DNA of 64,000 bases, taken from positions 2,492-66,491 of the forward strand of contig CACJWR010000004.1 of assembly GCA_902596985.1 (NCBI GenBank), in the 5' to 3' direction. This DNA is from an uncultured Alphaproteobacteria bacterium (GTDB lineage: Bacteria > Pseudomonadota > Alphaproteobacteria > Rhodobacterales > Rhodobacteraceae). Made by a program: the position numbers and the translations under genes. This document shows positions 20,151 to 30,135 of the stretch, piece after piece. How positions within the stretch are numbered: position 1 is the first letter of the stretch; each line of letters opens with the position of its first letter. The notes beneath the pieces are model-generated. The model searched no databases and had not been told where the DNA came from. It saw nothing but the letters and a program-made list of their open reading frames with translations.

Positions 20151-21434
20151 TCATACTTCAAACGATTTTTTTTTAAAAATAATTTCGCCCTCAACCATTG
20201 TTAACAAGTTTTCACCTTGTAAATTAAAGCCATCAAAAGGAGTATTTTGCGATTTTGACCGAAACTGGAATCGATCAATTTTCACAGGTTTATCTGGGTC
20301 AAAAATGATAATGTCTGCTGGCTGACCTTCGTCTAGACATCCCAAACTCTTCTTAATAATATTTGCTGGGTTTAAAGCTAATAATCGAAAAAGCTGATTA
20401 AGACTTAATATCTTATTGTGATATAACGAAAGAGATGCAGGTAATATTGTTTCAAGACCTACGGCACCCGGCGCGGCCTCTTCAAAAGGGAGCCTTTTGC
20501 TTTCCTCATCCTGAGGTGTATGCATGGAGCAAATATTGTCAATCAGTCCTTCTCGTATTGCTTCCGTCAAAGCCTCTCTGTCAGCGTTACTTCTCAACGG
20601 TGGTTTTAATTTAAAAAACGTTCTATAGTTTCCTATATCAAGTTCATTGAATAAAAGATGGTGAATAGAAGTTCCAGCCGTTATACGATTGTCGGTCGCT
20701 TTTATATCTCTTAGCGCATCTAAGCCGATTTTTGTTGTAACTTGGTCTGCATGATAACGGATGTTTAAATTACTGATCAGCGCTGTATCGCGTTCTATTC
20801 CAATCTTTTCTGAAAAATCAGGGCTGGATGAAAGTCCTTTAATTGATGCAAAAACTCCGTTCGTAGCTGAGGTATTTTTTGTTAAAAAATAGTCTTGAGG
20901 ATGTCCTATGATGAGGGTGTTAAAATCAGAGGCATATTTCAAAATTTGATGAAAAATTTTTGTATTGGGGATCGAGTTAAAGCCATCAGTAAATGCAACA
21001 GCGCCGCCATCATGAAGGAAGCCAATTTCTGTCATCTTTTTCCCATTATTTCTTTTTGTTAAAGATGCTGTAGGAAATATTCTAACCTTACTAGCTTCTT
21101 TACCTCTATTTTTAAAAAATTCTAGTAGTTCTGGATTATCTATTGAAGGCTTTGTATCTGGACGGGTTACTAAACTAGTAACACCTCCAGCGGCAGCAGC
21201 ACTGCTAGCAGATCTGAAGCTTTCCTTATGTTTCTCTCCAGGCTCGCATACCTTAACCCCAATATCTACGATACCAGGAGCTAAACACATTCCCTTACAA
21301 TCAATTACCTTACCTTTAATGCCATCATTTTTCTTTTCTATTAAACGACCATTTATTGTTAAAGTCCCTGCTGTTTCTATTTCTACTTTAGGATCAATTA
21401 ACCTTGCATTTATAAATGTAATTTGCTTTTCCAT
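20151..21434 (-). CDS. pyrC: Dihydroorotase-like protein, probably the non-catalytic PyrC' partner of ATCase
   Basis: Amidohydrolase fold (AAAGGVT, KPPLR, SQNTPF). DxHxH is replaced by DIGVK and the DHAP motif by MHTP. Lies directly after pyrB. Confidence 0.85.
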   Translation of the reverse strand: MEKQITFINARLIDPKVEIETAGTLTINGRLIEKKNDGIKGKVIDCKGMCLAPGIVDIGVKVCEPGEKHKESFRSASSAAAAGGVTSLVTRPDTKPSIDNPELLEFFKNRGKEASKVRIFPTASLTKRNNGKKMTEIGFLHDGGAVAFTDGFNSIPNTKIFHQILKYASDFNTLIIGHPQDYFLTKNTSATNGVFASIKGLSSSPDFSEKIGIERDTALISNLNIRYHADQVTTKIGLDALRDIKATDNRITAGTSIHHLLFNELDIGNYRTFFKLKPPLRSNADREALTEAIREGLIDNICSMHTPQDEESKRLPFEEAAPGAVGLETILPASLSLYHNKILSLNQLFRLLALNPANIIKKSLGCLDEGQPADIIIFDPDKPVKIDRFQFRSKSQNTPFDGFNLQGENLLTMVEGEIIFKKKSFEV

Positions 21435-21435
21435 A

Positions 21436-22368
21436 TTAATTTTTCCTATCCACTAGTAGGTGAAGAACGGCCATTCTCAAGGCAACACCAATTTCTACCT
21501 GTTCTTGGATAACGCTTCTATTTAGATCGTCAGCAATATTTCCATCAATTTCAACACCTCTGTTCATAGGACCAGGATGCATAACTATTGCATCACTTTT
21601 TGCTAGCAAAAGTTTCTGATTATCGAGACCGAAGCGATTGAAATACTCGCGCCTTGAAGGAATAAAACCACCCTTCATTCGTTCTTTTTGCAGTCTAAGC
21701 ATCATTATTACGTCAGCATTCCTAACACCATCTTCCATGCGATTATATATTTCTAGACCCATATCCTTAAATGAGTTTGGTAACAGGTTGCTAGGACCGA
21801 TGAGTCGCACTTGGTTATTAAATTTACATAATAGGGCTATATTTGATCGAGCTACACGGCTATGGCTTATATCTCCGCAAATAGCAATTATTAAGCCTTC
21901 TTTTTTTTTCTTTCTGTGCTTTATAGTCAAAAAATCTAGCAGTGCCTGTGTTGGGTGTTCGTGACTGCCATCTCCAGCATTAAGTACCGAGCAATTAACT
22001 TTTTCTGACAAGAGATTCACAGCACCTGAAGAAGAATGTCTTACAATGAGCAAATCGGGTCTCATTGCATTCAAAGTTAAAGCGGTATCGATGAGTGTCT
22101 CTCCCTTTTGTGTAGAACTAGTTGCAATCCTTATATCTTGAACTATTCCACCCAATTTTTTTCCAGCTAATTCAAAGCTCGCTAGCGTCCTAGTTGAGTT
22201 TTCAAAAAAAACATTAATTTGAGTAAAAGATTGTAGATGATGTTTTTGCTCAACTTTATTCTTATTTTTCTGAAGGTAATATTCAGCAAGAGCAAAGATC
22301 TCTTCTATGTCACTTCTGCTCAGATCATCTATTTGAATTAAATGTTTTGTCTGCAAAAATCTTTCCAC
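21436..22368 (-). CDS. pyrB: Aspartate carbamoyltransferase catalytic subunit
   Basis: [41 protein letters not shown] and HPGPMNRG motifs; GTG start. Confidence 0.96.
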   Translation of the reverse strand: MERFLQTKHLIQIDDLSRSDIEEIFALAEYYLQKNKNKVEQKHHLQSFTQINVFFENSTRTLASFELAGKKLGGIVQDIRIATSSTQKGETLIDTALTLNAMRPDLLIVRHSSSGAVNLLSEKVNCSVLNAGDGSHEHPTQALLDFLTIKHRKKKKEGLIIAICGDISHSRVARSNIALLCKFNNQVRLIGPSNLLPNSFKDMGLEIYNRMEDGVRNADVIMMLRLQKERMKGGFIPSRREYFNRFGLDNQKLLLAKSDAIVMHPGPMNRGVEIDGNIADDLNRSVIQEQVEIGVALRMAVLHLLVDRKN

Positions 22369-22444
22369 CTAATAATAAAATGATTAGATAAAGATTTAAG
22401 TACCAGATAAAATTTCTAAAACAATGATAAAATTGCAAAGCTAA

Positions 22445-23218
22445 ATGAGAAGTGATTTTGAACAACTTTTATGGTTATACTCAATGGGTGTTGAGGATGT
22501 TGCAACCCGTAAGCCACAAAATTATTTCAATGTGCAACTAGAGAAGAAAATTAACGATTCGGCTTATCAAGATGGTCCCTTATTAAAAAAAAGTGAAGAA
22601 AATGGGGATCCAGACAGAGAAAGGTTTTTAAATGAAGTTTACGAAAAAGATATTAATGCAATTGAGAGTGTTGGCTCTTTGGAGGCCTATTGGCGAGATT
22701 CTTTGATAGATAACTTCAATATCAAGAAATTCTGGGGATATAATAAACTAAAACAGATAAATAAGCTAAATATCTTGATTATTCATGAACCCCCTAATAG
22801 AAGCGATTTTGCTCAGTATTTTTTCCTTGATGGCAAAAAGAGGAATTTAATCAATAATATAATATTCAGTATTTTATCGGGTGAGAAGGAAAGAGAAGTG
22901 CAAAATATTTTTGTTCCTATATTACCAATTCCCTTAAACAAGGCGATGGAGTTCACAAATCTTCAATCTTTTCATTTAATGTTCTTGCAGAGGTTAAAGC
23001 ATATAATAAAACCTTCCCTGACTATCTTAATTGGTGACAAAGCAATCTCTCTTATATCACCGAGTCTGGGAGCAAATGAGGATGAAGCTATGAAAGAAAA
23101 TCAGTGTTTTTCTATTCCCGAGCTCGAGTATATGATGAGTGTTCCGGAAGTAAAAAAAACTGTTTGGGAAGAATGGAAACAAAAAAGAAGGACTTTAAAG
23201 AATGAACTCTTCTTATAA
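22445..23218 (+). CDS. Highly diverged family-4 uracil-DNA glycosylase homolog lacking catalytic residues
   Basis: Collinear by eye with alphaproteobacterial UDG4: LLWLYSMGV..P.NYF N-terminus, LIIHEPPNRSD (for MIIGEAPGxxED), KPSLTILIG, and YMMSVPEVKKTVW (for HPAYLLRxPxxKxxAW). It lies between pyrB and moaB. Confidence 0.65.
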   Translation: MRSDFEQLLWLYSMGVEDVATRKPQNYFNVQLEKKINDSAYQDGPLLKKSEENGDPDRERFLNEVYEKDINAIESVGSLEAYWRDSLIDNFNIKKFWGYNKLKQINKLNILIIHEPPNRSDFAQYFFLDGKKRNLINNIIFSILSGEKEREVQNIFVPILPIPLNKAMEFTNLQSFHLMFLQRLKHIIKPSLTILIGDKAISLISPSLGANEDEAMKENQCFSIPELEYMMSVPEVKKTVWEEWKQKRRTLKNELFL

Positions 23219-23750
23219 TATGTCTCGAGAATTTAAATCTATAAATATAGCAATTCTCACCGTTTCAGATACAAGAACAAAGACAACGGACAAATCTGGC
23301 AATTTTTTATCCAATGCTGTAGAAGATGCCGGTCATAATGTAATTCATAAGCGTATTGTTAAAGATGAGTTAGTTGAAATAAAAAATGTTTTAGAGGCAT
23401 GGAGTATGAGCTCCAATATTGATGTAATAATAAGCACTGGTGGGACCGGTCTTACCAAAAGAGACGTGTCCGTAGAAGCCCACTCTCAAGTGTATGAAAA
23501 GGAGATAACAGCGTTTCCATCAATGTTCGCATCAATTTCAATGGAAAAAATAGGTACATCAGCACTGCAAAGTCGAGCATGTGCAGGAGTAAGGAATGGA
23601 ACCTATTTATTTGCTTTACCAGGATCTCCTTCAGCTTGCAAAGATGCATGGGAGAGTTTGCTAAGACCACAGTTTGATTATAGACATTTACCTTGTAACT
23701 TTGTAGAGATAATGCCGCGGTTGGTAAAGGACACTATGGATGAAAGTTAA
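23202..23750 (+). CDS. moaB: Molybdenum cofactor biosynthesis protein B
   Basis: ILTVSD, DKSG, STGGTGLTKRD, QSRA, FALPGS and PCNFVEIMPRL motifs. Confidence 0.93.
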   Translation: MNSSYNMSREFKSINIAILTVSDTRTKTTDKSGNFLSNAVEDAGHNVIHKRIVKDELVEIKNVLEAWSMSSNIDVIISTGGTGLTKRDVSVEAHSQVYEKEITAFPSMFASISMEKIGTSALQSRACAGVRNGTYLFALPGSPSACKDAWESLLRPQFDYRHLPCNFVEIMPRLVKDTMDES

Positions 23751-23863
23751 GTGGAAGTTCTAACTCAAAAAGCTGTGTTTATAAATCTTATAGACAGTGA
23801 TAATTTGTAAATTTTTTAAAAGTAATATATCAAAGCTACAAGTTTGTAAAAATTTTAGGGCAA

Positions 23864-25330
23864 ATGAAGTTTTTTAAAAGAACATCAATATTTTTTATAC
23901 TTTTCGGTTTAATACTTCTATTCTTTGGGTACACAGTGACCTCTTTCACCGCTTCCTCTGAAAAAGATCGTAGGTATTCAAGCAAAAGGAAAGGCGGGGA
24001 GAGAGAATATACAGTTTTTACTGATAAAATAAAGAGATCGGAAGAGACTCCAATCATAAACAGCTATGGAGAGGTGAAAAGCTGGCGTACCTTGGAAATT
24101 AGAGCACCAGTTGTTGGAAAAATATCTGCAGTAGCCAAGGTCTTTAGAGATGGGTCAACAGTGGTTGAGGGAGATTTCTTGTTTTCTATTGAAGATACAG
24201 AATACAAAGATAGCCTCGCGATAGCTAAAGCTGATCTACGAGATGCCGAAAGCGATCTAGTAAATGCCAAAACACTTTTTGAGCTTGCGAAATTGGATCT
24301 CGAGGCAGCAGAAAAGGAAAAAACTATTCGATTGGCTTCATTTGAAAGGCAACAGAAACTAAAAGCTAATGGAGTTATATCAGAAACTATATTTGAACAG
24401 TCATCTTTAGCTCTTACAAATTCTGAGAAATCTCTTATCATGAAGAAGAATTCGTTTGTTCAAGCAAAGAATAAAATTTTTAAGGCTGAAGTGCTTGTAG
24501 AACGAAAGAAGGTTGCTCACGATTTAGCAAAAAGGCAGCTGGCGGATACGAAATTTTTTGCTCCATTTACAGGAGTGCTAGATCAAGTAAATGCAGTTAC
24601 AGGTCGCCTTATTTCATCCAATGATCGTCTAGGTGAAATACTCGATCCCAAAGCTTTAGAAGTAGTATTTCCTTTATCTGACATTCAATATCCCAGGATA
24701 ACTGATAAGGAAGGGAATTTTATCAAACTTAAGGTTGAATATTCTTCAGGAGGACTAGAAAAAAAGAATGTCTACTCTGGAATTATAGAAAGAGTAGGTG
24801 GTCAGGCGAATACGGGTAATACGGGAAGACAGGTATTCGCTAGTATCTCTGCGCAGAATGGATTGTCTTTGAAACCAGGAGATTTTGTAAAGGTCAAGAT
24901 ATTTGAACCGAAGCTAAAGGGCATAGCCAAGCTTCCACTGGGGTCTTTGGGGTCAAACAATACTATACTGCTGGTCAACGATGATTTTCGATTAGAAAAA
25001 ATAAATATTGATGTTATTAGATTTCAAGAAAACCATATCCTGGTAAAGAATGTTCCATTTAATAGAAAGTTTGTAACTAAATGGTCTCCCCAATTAGATG
25101 CTGGTGTAAAGGTAAAAGTTATAGATAGTTCTAAAGGTGCTGAGGGGGTAAAGCCTGCGGAAAACGAAACTATAAAATTGACTGGCGAAGAAAGAGATAA
25201 GCTAATTAATGCTGTTGAAAATAACAAGTGGATCCCAAAAGATGTAAAAAAAAGGCTTGTAAAACAGCTTAGTCAGGAACTTGTTCCTAAAAAAGTTGTA
25301 GATAGGCTAAGAAAACGAATGGGAGGTTAA
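23864..25330 (+). CDS. RND efflux periplasmic adaptor (membrane fusion protein)
   Basis: N-terminal TM anchor, lipoyl half-motifs (IRAPVVG, FAPFTG) around a long coiled coil, and LKPGDFV; upstream of an RND permease. Confidence 0.88.
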   Translation: MKFFKRTSIFFILFGLILLFFGYTVTSFTASSEKDRRYSSKRKGGEREYTVFTDKIKRSEETPIINSYGEVKSWRTLEIRAPVVGKISAVAKVFRDGSTVVEGDFLFSIEDTEYKDSLAIAKADLRDAESDLVNAKTLFELAKLDLEAAEKEKTIRLASFERQQKLKANGVISETIFEQSSLALTNSEKSLIMKKNSFVQAKNKIFKAEVLVERKKVAHDLAKRQLADTKFFAPFTGVLDQVNAVTGRLISSNDRLGEILDPKALEVVFPLSDIQYPRITDKEGNFIKLKVEYSSGGLEKKNVYSGIIERVGGQANTGNTGRQVFASISAQNGLSLKPGDFVKVKIFEPKLKGIAKLPLGSLGSNNTILLVNDDFRLEKINIDVIRFQENHILVKNVPFNRKFVTKWSPQLDAGVKVKVIDSSKGAEGVKPAENETIKLTGEERDKLINAVENNKWIPKDVKKRLVKQLSQELVPKKVVDRLRKRMGG

Positions 25331-25335
25331 AATAG

Positions 25336-28300
25336 ATGGAACGAGACCAAGGCCCATCATTATTTGGATCTTTTTTTGGTTACTTTATTGCCCATAGCAC
25401 AATCGCTAATCTTGTTTTAGTTGTAATTGTGGTTTTGGGCTTTTTTTCAATAAATAAGCTGAGGTCTCAATTTTTTCCTGACGTAGTTATTGAACAAATT
25501 AATATTAGCGCATATTGGCCAGGTGCAGGTGCGGAAGACCTAGATAATGGAGTTGTAGGCTATCTCGAGCCTAGTTTGTTGGAATTGGAAGGAATAGAGA
25601 GAATTGTATCGCGTTCCTACGAGGGAGTCTCCAGAATAACTATTAATTTTGTTTCAAACTGGGATATGGAAAAGGCATTAGATGATGTCAAGATTGCAAT
25701 TGAAGAAGCCCAAAACTTACCTGATGAATTAGACGATATTGACGTCAAGAGGCGAGTATGGAGAGATCGCGTAACGAACGTTGTTTTTTCCGGTCCCTTT
25801 ACTATTGAACAATTAGAAAAATATTCAGACGAATTTTTACAACTTTTGTATAGTGAAGGAATTGCCAAAACTTCTACTCGGGGAGGATTGGAACCAATTG
25901 TACGAGTGGTGGTGCCAGAAATTAACCTACTTAAGAATAACTTGACTCTGCGTGAATTATCAAGTGCCGTCAGTTCCGGCGCTTCAAGTATACCAGCAGG
26001 TGAAACAAATGATGGGTTAGCGAGATTGAAGGCTGGTTCCGATAAAACACAACAAATAGACCTGGCTGAAATTACTGCCAAAACTTCTTTAAATGGTGAA
26101 AGCATAAAACTCGGGGATATTAGCACGATCAGCATCGATGAATTTCCAACGGTGGAATTTTTCAAAGGAAAAAATCCTGCGATAATTACAAGAGTTGACA
26201 GAGGGTCTGATGGAGACGCCATTAAAATACAAGATAAAGTGGAAACTTTAATAAAAAAATTTCAGTTGAACATGCCTGAAACACTAACTATTGAATTGTC
26301 TGGGACACGCACGGAGGCAATTAAGAATAGATTAAATATATTGATTTCTAATGGAGTAGTTGGATTAATCTTAGTCTTATTTTTTCTTTTTTTGTTTCTG
26401 AATGCGGAAACAGCTTTGTGGGTAGCTATTGGAATTCCAGCTGCACTTTTTGCTTCCTTTGGCTTAATGTACCTAATAGGTATTTCTATTAATATGATAT
26501 CGCTTTTTGCGCTAATTATTTGTTTGGGGATTGTGGTAGATGATGCAATTGTGGTAGCCGAACATGCAGATTATCGTGCGTCATCTCTAAAGGAAGACCC
26601 ATATAACGCTGCAAAAAATGCGGCCACATTTATGGGGCTTCCAGTTTTTACTGCCACTATAACCACTGTTTTGGCTTTCAGCGGCTTAGTACTTATAGGG
26701 GGCAGGTTCGGATCATTGATTGCTGATATTCCATATACAGTTATCTTGGTATTGGTTGCATCCCTATTAGAGTGCTTTCTCATCCTTCCAAACCATATGT
26801 ACCACAGCTTAAAAAATAGTGCCAAACGTAATAGGTGGTATAATTTTCCAAGTCAAAAATTTAATGAAAAATTTGAAATTTTTAAAAACAAATATTTTAA
26901 AGTTTTTATACAGCTTAATTTGCAGTATAGATACCTAAGTTTAATCTTTATGCTTTCACTTCTTTTTTGTTCAATAAGTTTGTTAGTCTCCGGTGATGTA
27001 AAATGGAGGTTTTGGAATCCACCAGAAATAGGGCGTTTAACGGCTAATATTGCAATGGTTTCTGGCGCTGAGCGTAAGGATACTTTAGCTATGATACGAG
27101 AATTAGAAAGAGCAAATAAAAAAGTGGCTGAAGGGTTTGAAAGGGAAAATGGCAAAAATCCTATTACTTTTCAAATTAGCCAAATTGGTGGAAACGAAGG
27201 TCGTGGTATTTCAGGTGCTGAAAATAAAGATAAAGACTTACTTGGTTCTTTCACTGTAGAGTTGATTGACGCTGATCTAAGGCCTTATTCGTCTTTTACC
27301 TATCTTGCAGCGCTTCAGGATGAAGTAAATAAAAGCCCCTTTTTAGAAACCATAAGTTTTAGGAGATGGGGGTCTGGTCCTGGTGGAGATGGCATTTCTA
27401 TAAACTTGGCGGCGTCTGACACAAAAACTTTAAAAGAAGCTGCAGAACAATTAAAAGCTTCTCTTTCTTCTTATCAGGAAATCTCTGCGCTTGAAGATAC
27501 GCAAGGGTACGACAAGACCGAATATATCATTACTTTAACTAATCGTGGGAAGAAACTAGGCTTTACAATTGATAGTATTGGTAGACAGTTATCAGATAGG
27601 TTAAATGGTATTGAGACATTAACCTTCTTGAAAGGGAATAAAACTGGGAAAATAATAATAGAGTTATCTGAAGAAAATTTAAATGGTGATTTCATTCAAA
27701 ATGCGAAGGTGAGAAGCAACAGAGGTCATTATGGAAGTTTATCTGATATCGTAGAAATCAGGGCACAGTATGGGTTTTCATCAGTAACTAGGGAAGATGG
27801 GCAAAAGATAATAACAGTCACAGGACAATTGTCTGAGGAAGATGCAGAGCAAGCTGAAATAGTAAAAGATAGAATACAAAACGAAATTTTGCCGTCAATC
27901 GAAGAGGGGTTCGGAGTAATAAGTAGTTTAACCGGTTTAGCAGAACAGGAACGAAGGTTTTTAGACGATGCACTTGTCGCTTTTCTTTTATGCATTTTAG
28001 GCATTTATTTAACTTTAGCATGGGTGTTTGCGAGCTGGTCTAGGCCAATGGTTATTATGCTTATAATCCCTTTTGGGTTAATTGGGGCTCTATGGGGTCA
28101 TTATATTTATGGTATAGCTTTATCTATGTTCAGTATAATCGGATTAATTGGGATGACAGGAATTATTATAAATGACTCAATTGTACTTATCTCTACTTTT
28201 AATGACTATAAGAAAAAAACGGACAATACGGAAGCTATCATTAAAGCAACATGTGATAGGTTAAGACCAATACTTTTAACAACACTTACAACAGTTTTCG

Positions 28301-28701
28301 GATTGGCACCCTTATTATTCGAACAATCAACAGATGCGCAGTTTTTAAAGCCAACTGTAATCACTTTAGTTTTTGGGCTAGGTTTTGGGATGTTAATTTT
28401 GCTGATAATAGTACCAGTGTTCATAGCGGTACAGCATGATTTATATAAGCACTATAAGTCTTTTAGAAGATTTGTTTTTTCAGCTAGGCTTAATGGGCAA
28501 AATGGGTGGAAAAACTTAATTTATGTTTCAGTCTTCTTTTTAGGAGTATTGGGTCTTATTTTTATCCAATTACTTTTTTCCTTTGATTACTTTGTTATCT
28601 TTTTTACCGCTTTCGTATGCTTAGGATTGTTTTACATTTGGTTTGCGTTTATGAAACAAATTCAAGATAGAGTGTTTTCAATCCGAAAGCCTACATTGTA
28701 A
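25336..28701 (+). CDS. RND efflux permease (AcrB/AcrD/AcrF family)
   Basis: 1121 aa; GIVVDDAIVVAE, INDSIVL and RLRPILLTTLTT motifs; two large periplasmic loops. Confidence 0.92.
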   Translation: MERDQGPSLFGSFFGYFIAHSTIANLVLVVIVVLGFFSINKLRSQFFPDVVIEQINISAYWPGAGAEDLDNGVVGYLEPSLLELEGIERIVSRSYEGVSRITINFVSNWDMEKALDDVKIAIEEAQNLPDELDDIDVKRRVWRDRVTNVVFSGPFTIEQLEKYSDEFLQLLYSEGIAKTSTRGGLEPIVRVVVPEINLLKNNLTLRELSSAVSSGASSIPAGETNDGLARLKAGSDKTQQIDLAEITAKTSLNGESIKLGDISTISIDEFPTVEFFKGKNPAIITRVDRGSDGDAIKIQDKVETLIKKFQLNMPETLTIELSGTRTEAIKNRLNILISNGVVGLILVLFFLFLFLNAETALWVAIGIPAALFASFGLMYLIGISINMISLFALIICLGIVVDDAIVVAEHADYRASSLKEDPYNAAKNAATFMGLPVFTATITTVLAFSGLVLIGGRFGSLIADIPYTVILVLVASLLECFLILPNHMYHSLKNSAKRNRWYNFPSQKFNEKFEIFKNKYFKVFIQLNLQYRYLSLIFMLSLLFCSISLLVSGDVKWRFWNPPEIGRLTANIAMVSGAERKDTLAMIRELERANKKVAEGFERENGKNPITFQISQIGGNEGRGISGAENKDKDLLGSFTVELIDADLRPYSSFTYLAALQDEVNKSPFLETISFRRWGSGPGGDGISINLAASDTKTLKEAAEQLKASLSSYQEISALEDTQGYDKTEYIITLTNRGKKLGFTIDSIGRQLSDRLNGIETLTFLKGNKTGKIIIELSEENLNGDFIQNAKVRSNRGHYGSLSDIVEIRAQYGFSSVTREDGQKIITVTGQLSEEDAEQAEIVKDRIQNEILPSIEEGFGVISSLTGLAEQERRFLDDALVAFLLCILGIYLTLAWVFASWSRPMVIMLIIPFGLIGALWGHYIYGIALSMFSIIGLIGMTGIIINDSIVLISTFNDYKKKTDNTEAIIKATCDRLRPILLTTLTTVFGLAPLLFEQSTDAQFLKPTVITLVFGLGFGMLILLIIVPVFIAVQHDLYKHYKSFRRFVFSARLNGQNGWKNLIYVSVFFLGVLGLIFIQLLFSFDYFVIFFTAFVCLGLFYIWFAFMKQIQDRVFSIRKPTL

Positions 28702-28707
28702 AAAGCA

Positions 28708-29493
28708 TCAAGCTGGACAACCAATAGTTCTCTTAGCTATATGATTATCTAAATATAAAATAGAAAATTTTTTTTTATCATTATTTTTCTTTGAAGGGTC
28801 TTTTAATTTTAGCAAAGCCTCAACTTTTCCACTCTTTGGAGAGAACGACTGTTTTTCTATAATCCACGACTTTCCCTCATAATCTACTAGTACGCTACTC
28901 ACTGATTCATTATTTCTCATGAAATTATTTTCAATGATAATTCGGTATTCCTTATCCGTCTCTTTCTTTATTATACATTTATTAGAATTTCCAAAACTTG
29001 TTGTCATCGTAATTCTGTTTTTTGATTTTAGAAGCTTATCTAAAACCAAATAATTAAGATCACCTTCGTCACTTATTTCTAGGGTTTTATTCTGAACAAC
29101 ACAGACGCTTTTGCAAATGCCAAATGAGATATCCAAATGTAAATATATCTTTTTTTGCTCATCTAATTTTTTTAATTCTATTGGTAGCAAGAGGTTCTCA
29201 TCGTATCCAAGATACGTAAAACTTTTAGGCCCCAATTTTTTTGGATATGGCCAAGAAATAGAAAATGATTCTACATTTCTTTCATTTAAAACTCTTATCT
29301 TAGGCATAAACCCATTTGGCCCTGGAAACTTCCAATATGTACTCCAACCCTCTGGAAACGCTATGCTTATAGCACCCTTGGTTGAGCTATCTCTAGATAA
29401 ATTATAATACTCTACATTCGCCTGAGAAAAACTTGGTTTGAGTAAGGTTAAGTTGACGAAGAGAACAATAAAAACAATGATTATTCTTAACAA
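28708..29493 (-). CDS. DsbD N-terminal-domain-like periplasmic protein
   Basis: Signal peptide, GWSTYWKFPG, ISWPYP and CKSVC motifs; divergent from yqgE; TTG start. Confidence 0.75.
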   Translation of the reverse strand: MLRIIIVFIVLFVNLTLLKPSFSQANVEYYNLSRDSSTKGAISIAFPEGWSTYWKFPGPNGFMPKIRVLNERNVESFSISWPYPKKLGPKSFTYLGYDENLLLPIELKKLDEQKKIYLHLDISFGICKSVCVVQNKTLEISDEGDLNYLVLDKLLKSKNRITMTTSFGNSNKCIIKKETDKEYRIIIENNFMRNNESVSSVLVDYEGKSWIIEKQSFSPKSGKVEALLKLKDPSKKNNDKKKFSILYLDNHIAKRTIGCPA

Positions 29494-29562
29494 GATTTTG
29501 TTCCTCTAATTGGTAACTCTATTAATTTTATGCATATTTTGTTTTTCAATCTATAATTAAGA

Positions 29563-30129
29563 ATGATCAATGAAAGCTATAAAGGAAAATTGTTGATTTC
29601 GTCGCCAGAAATATCGGATGGTATTTTTGATAAGAGCATAATCCTTATTTGTCAACATGATGCGAATGGTACGATGGGTTTTATTTTGAATAAGCCTCTT
29701 ATAAATGTTAGCTTAGAGGCGATTTGGACTAATATAGGCTACGAGAACAAAAATCGATTCTTTACTAATGAAGACGTATGCATCGGGGGACCACTGGCAT
29801 CGAATGCGATGTTTGTGATCCATTCATCTGAGTACTTTATAGACAAAAAAACGATTAAGGTTTGTGAAGAAATTTCTGTAACAGGAACCAAAGAAATTAC
29901 AGATGACATCCAGAAAGGACAAGGGCCTAGAAAAGCAATTTTTTTACTCGGTTATTCTGGCTGGATACCGGGGCAATTAGAAGACGAAATTATGAGGGAT
30001 AGTTGGTTTGTATCAGAGAAATTTCAAAACCTTATTTTCAGCGTCGATTATCAAACGAAGTGGACAGATGCCTTATTACTTATAGGAATTGATCCCTCTA
30101 AATTATCCTCATATGCAGGATCCTCCTAA
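29563..30129 (+). CDS. YqgE/AlgH family protein (UPF0301)
   Basis: GKLLISSP, GFILNKP, GGP, LGYSGW..GQLEDE and GIDPSKLS motifs. Confidence 0.9.
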   Translation: MINESYKGKLLISSPEISDGIFDKSIILICQHDANGTMGFILNKPLINVSLEAIWTNIGYENKNRFFTNEDVCIGGPLASNAMFVIHSSEYFIDKKTIKVCEEISVTGTKEITDDIQKGQGPRKAIFLLGYSGWIPGQLEDEIMRDSWFVSEKFQNLIFSVDYQTKWTDALLLIGIDPSKLSSYAGSS

Positions 30130-30135
30130 ATCACA

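Noticed and set aside
25617..26222. Long antisense ORFs in the track (201 aa here; also 51498-51938, 63100-63516 and others)
   Set aside because: They are shadow frames opposite well-conserved genes and have no recognisable motifs.
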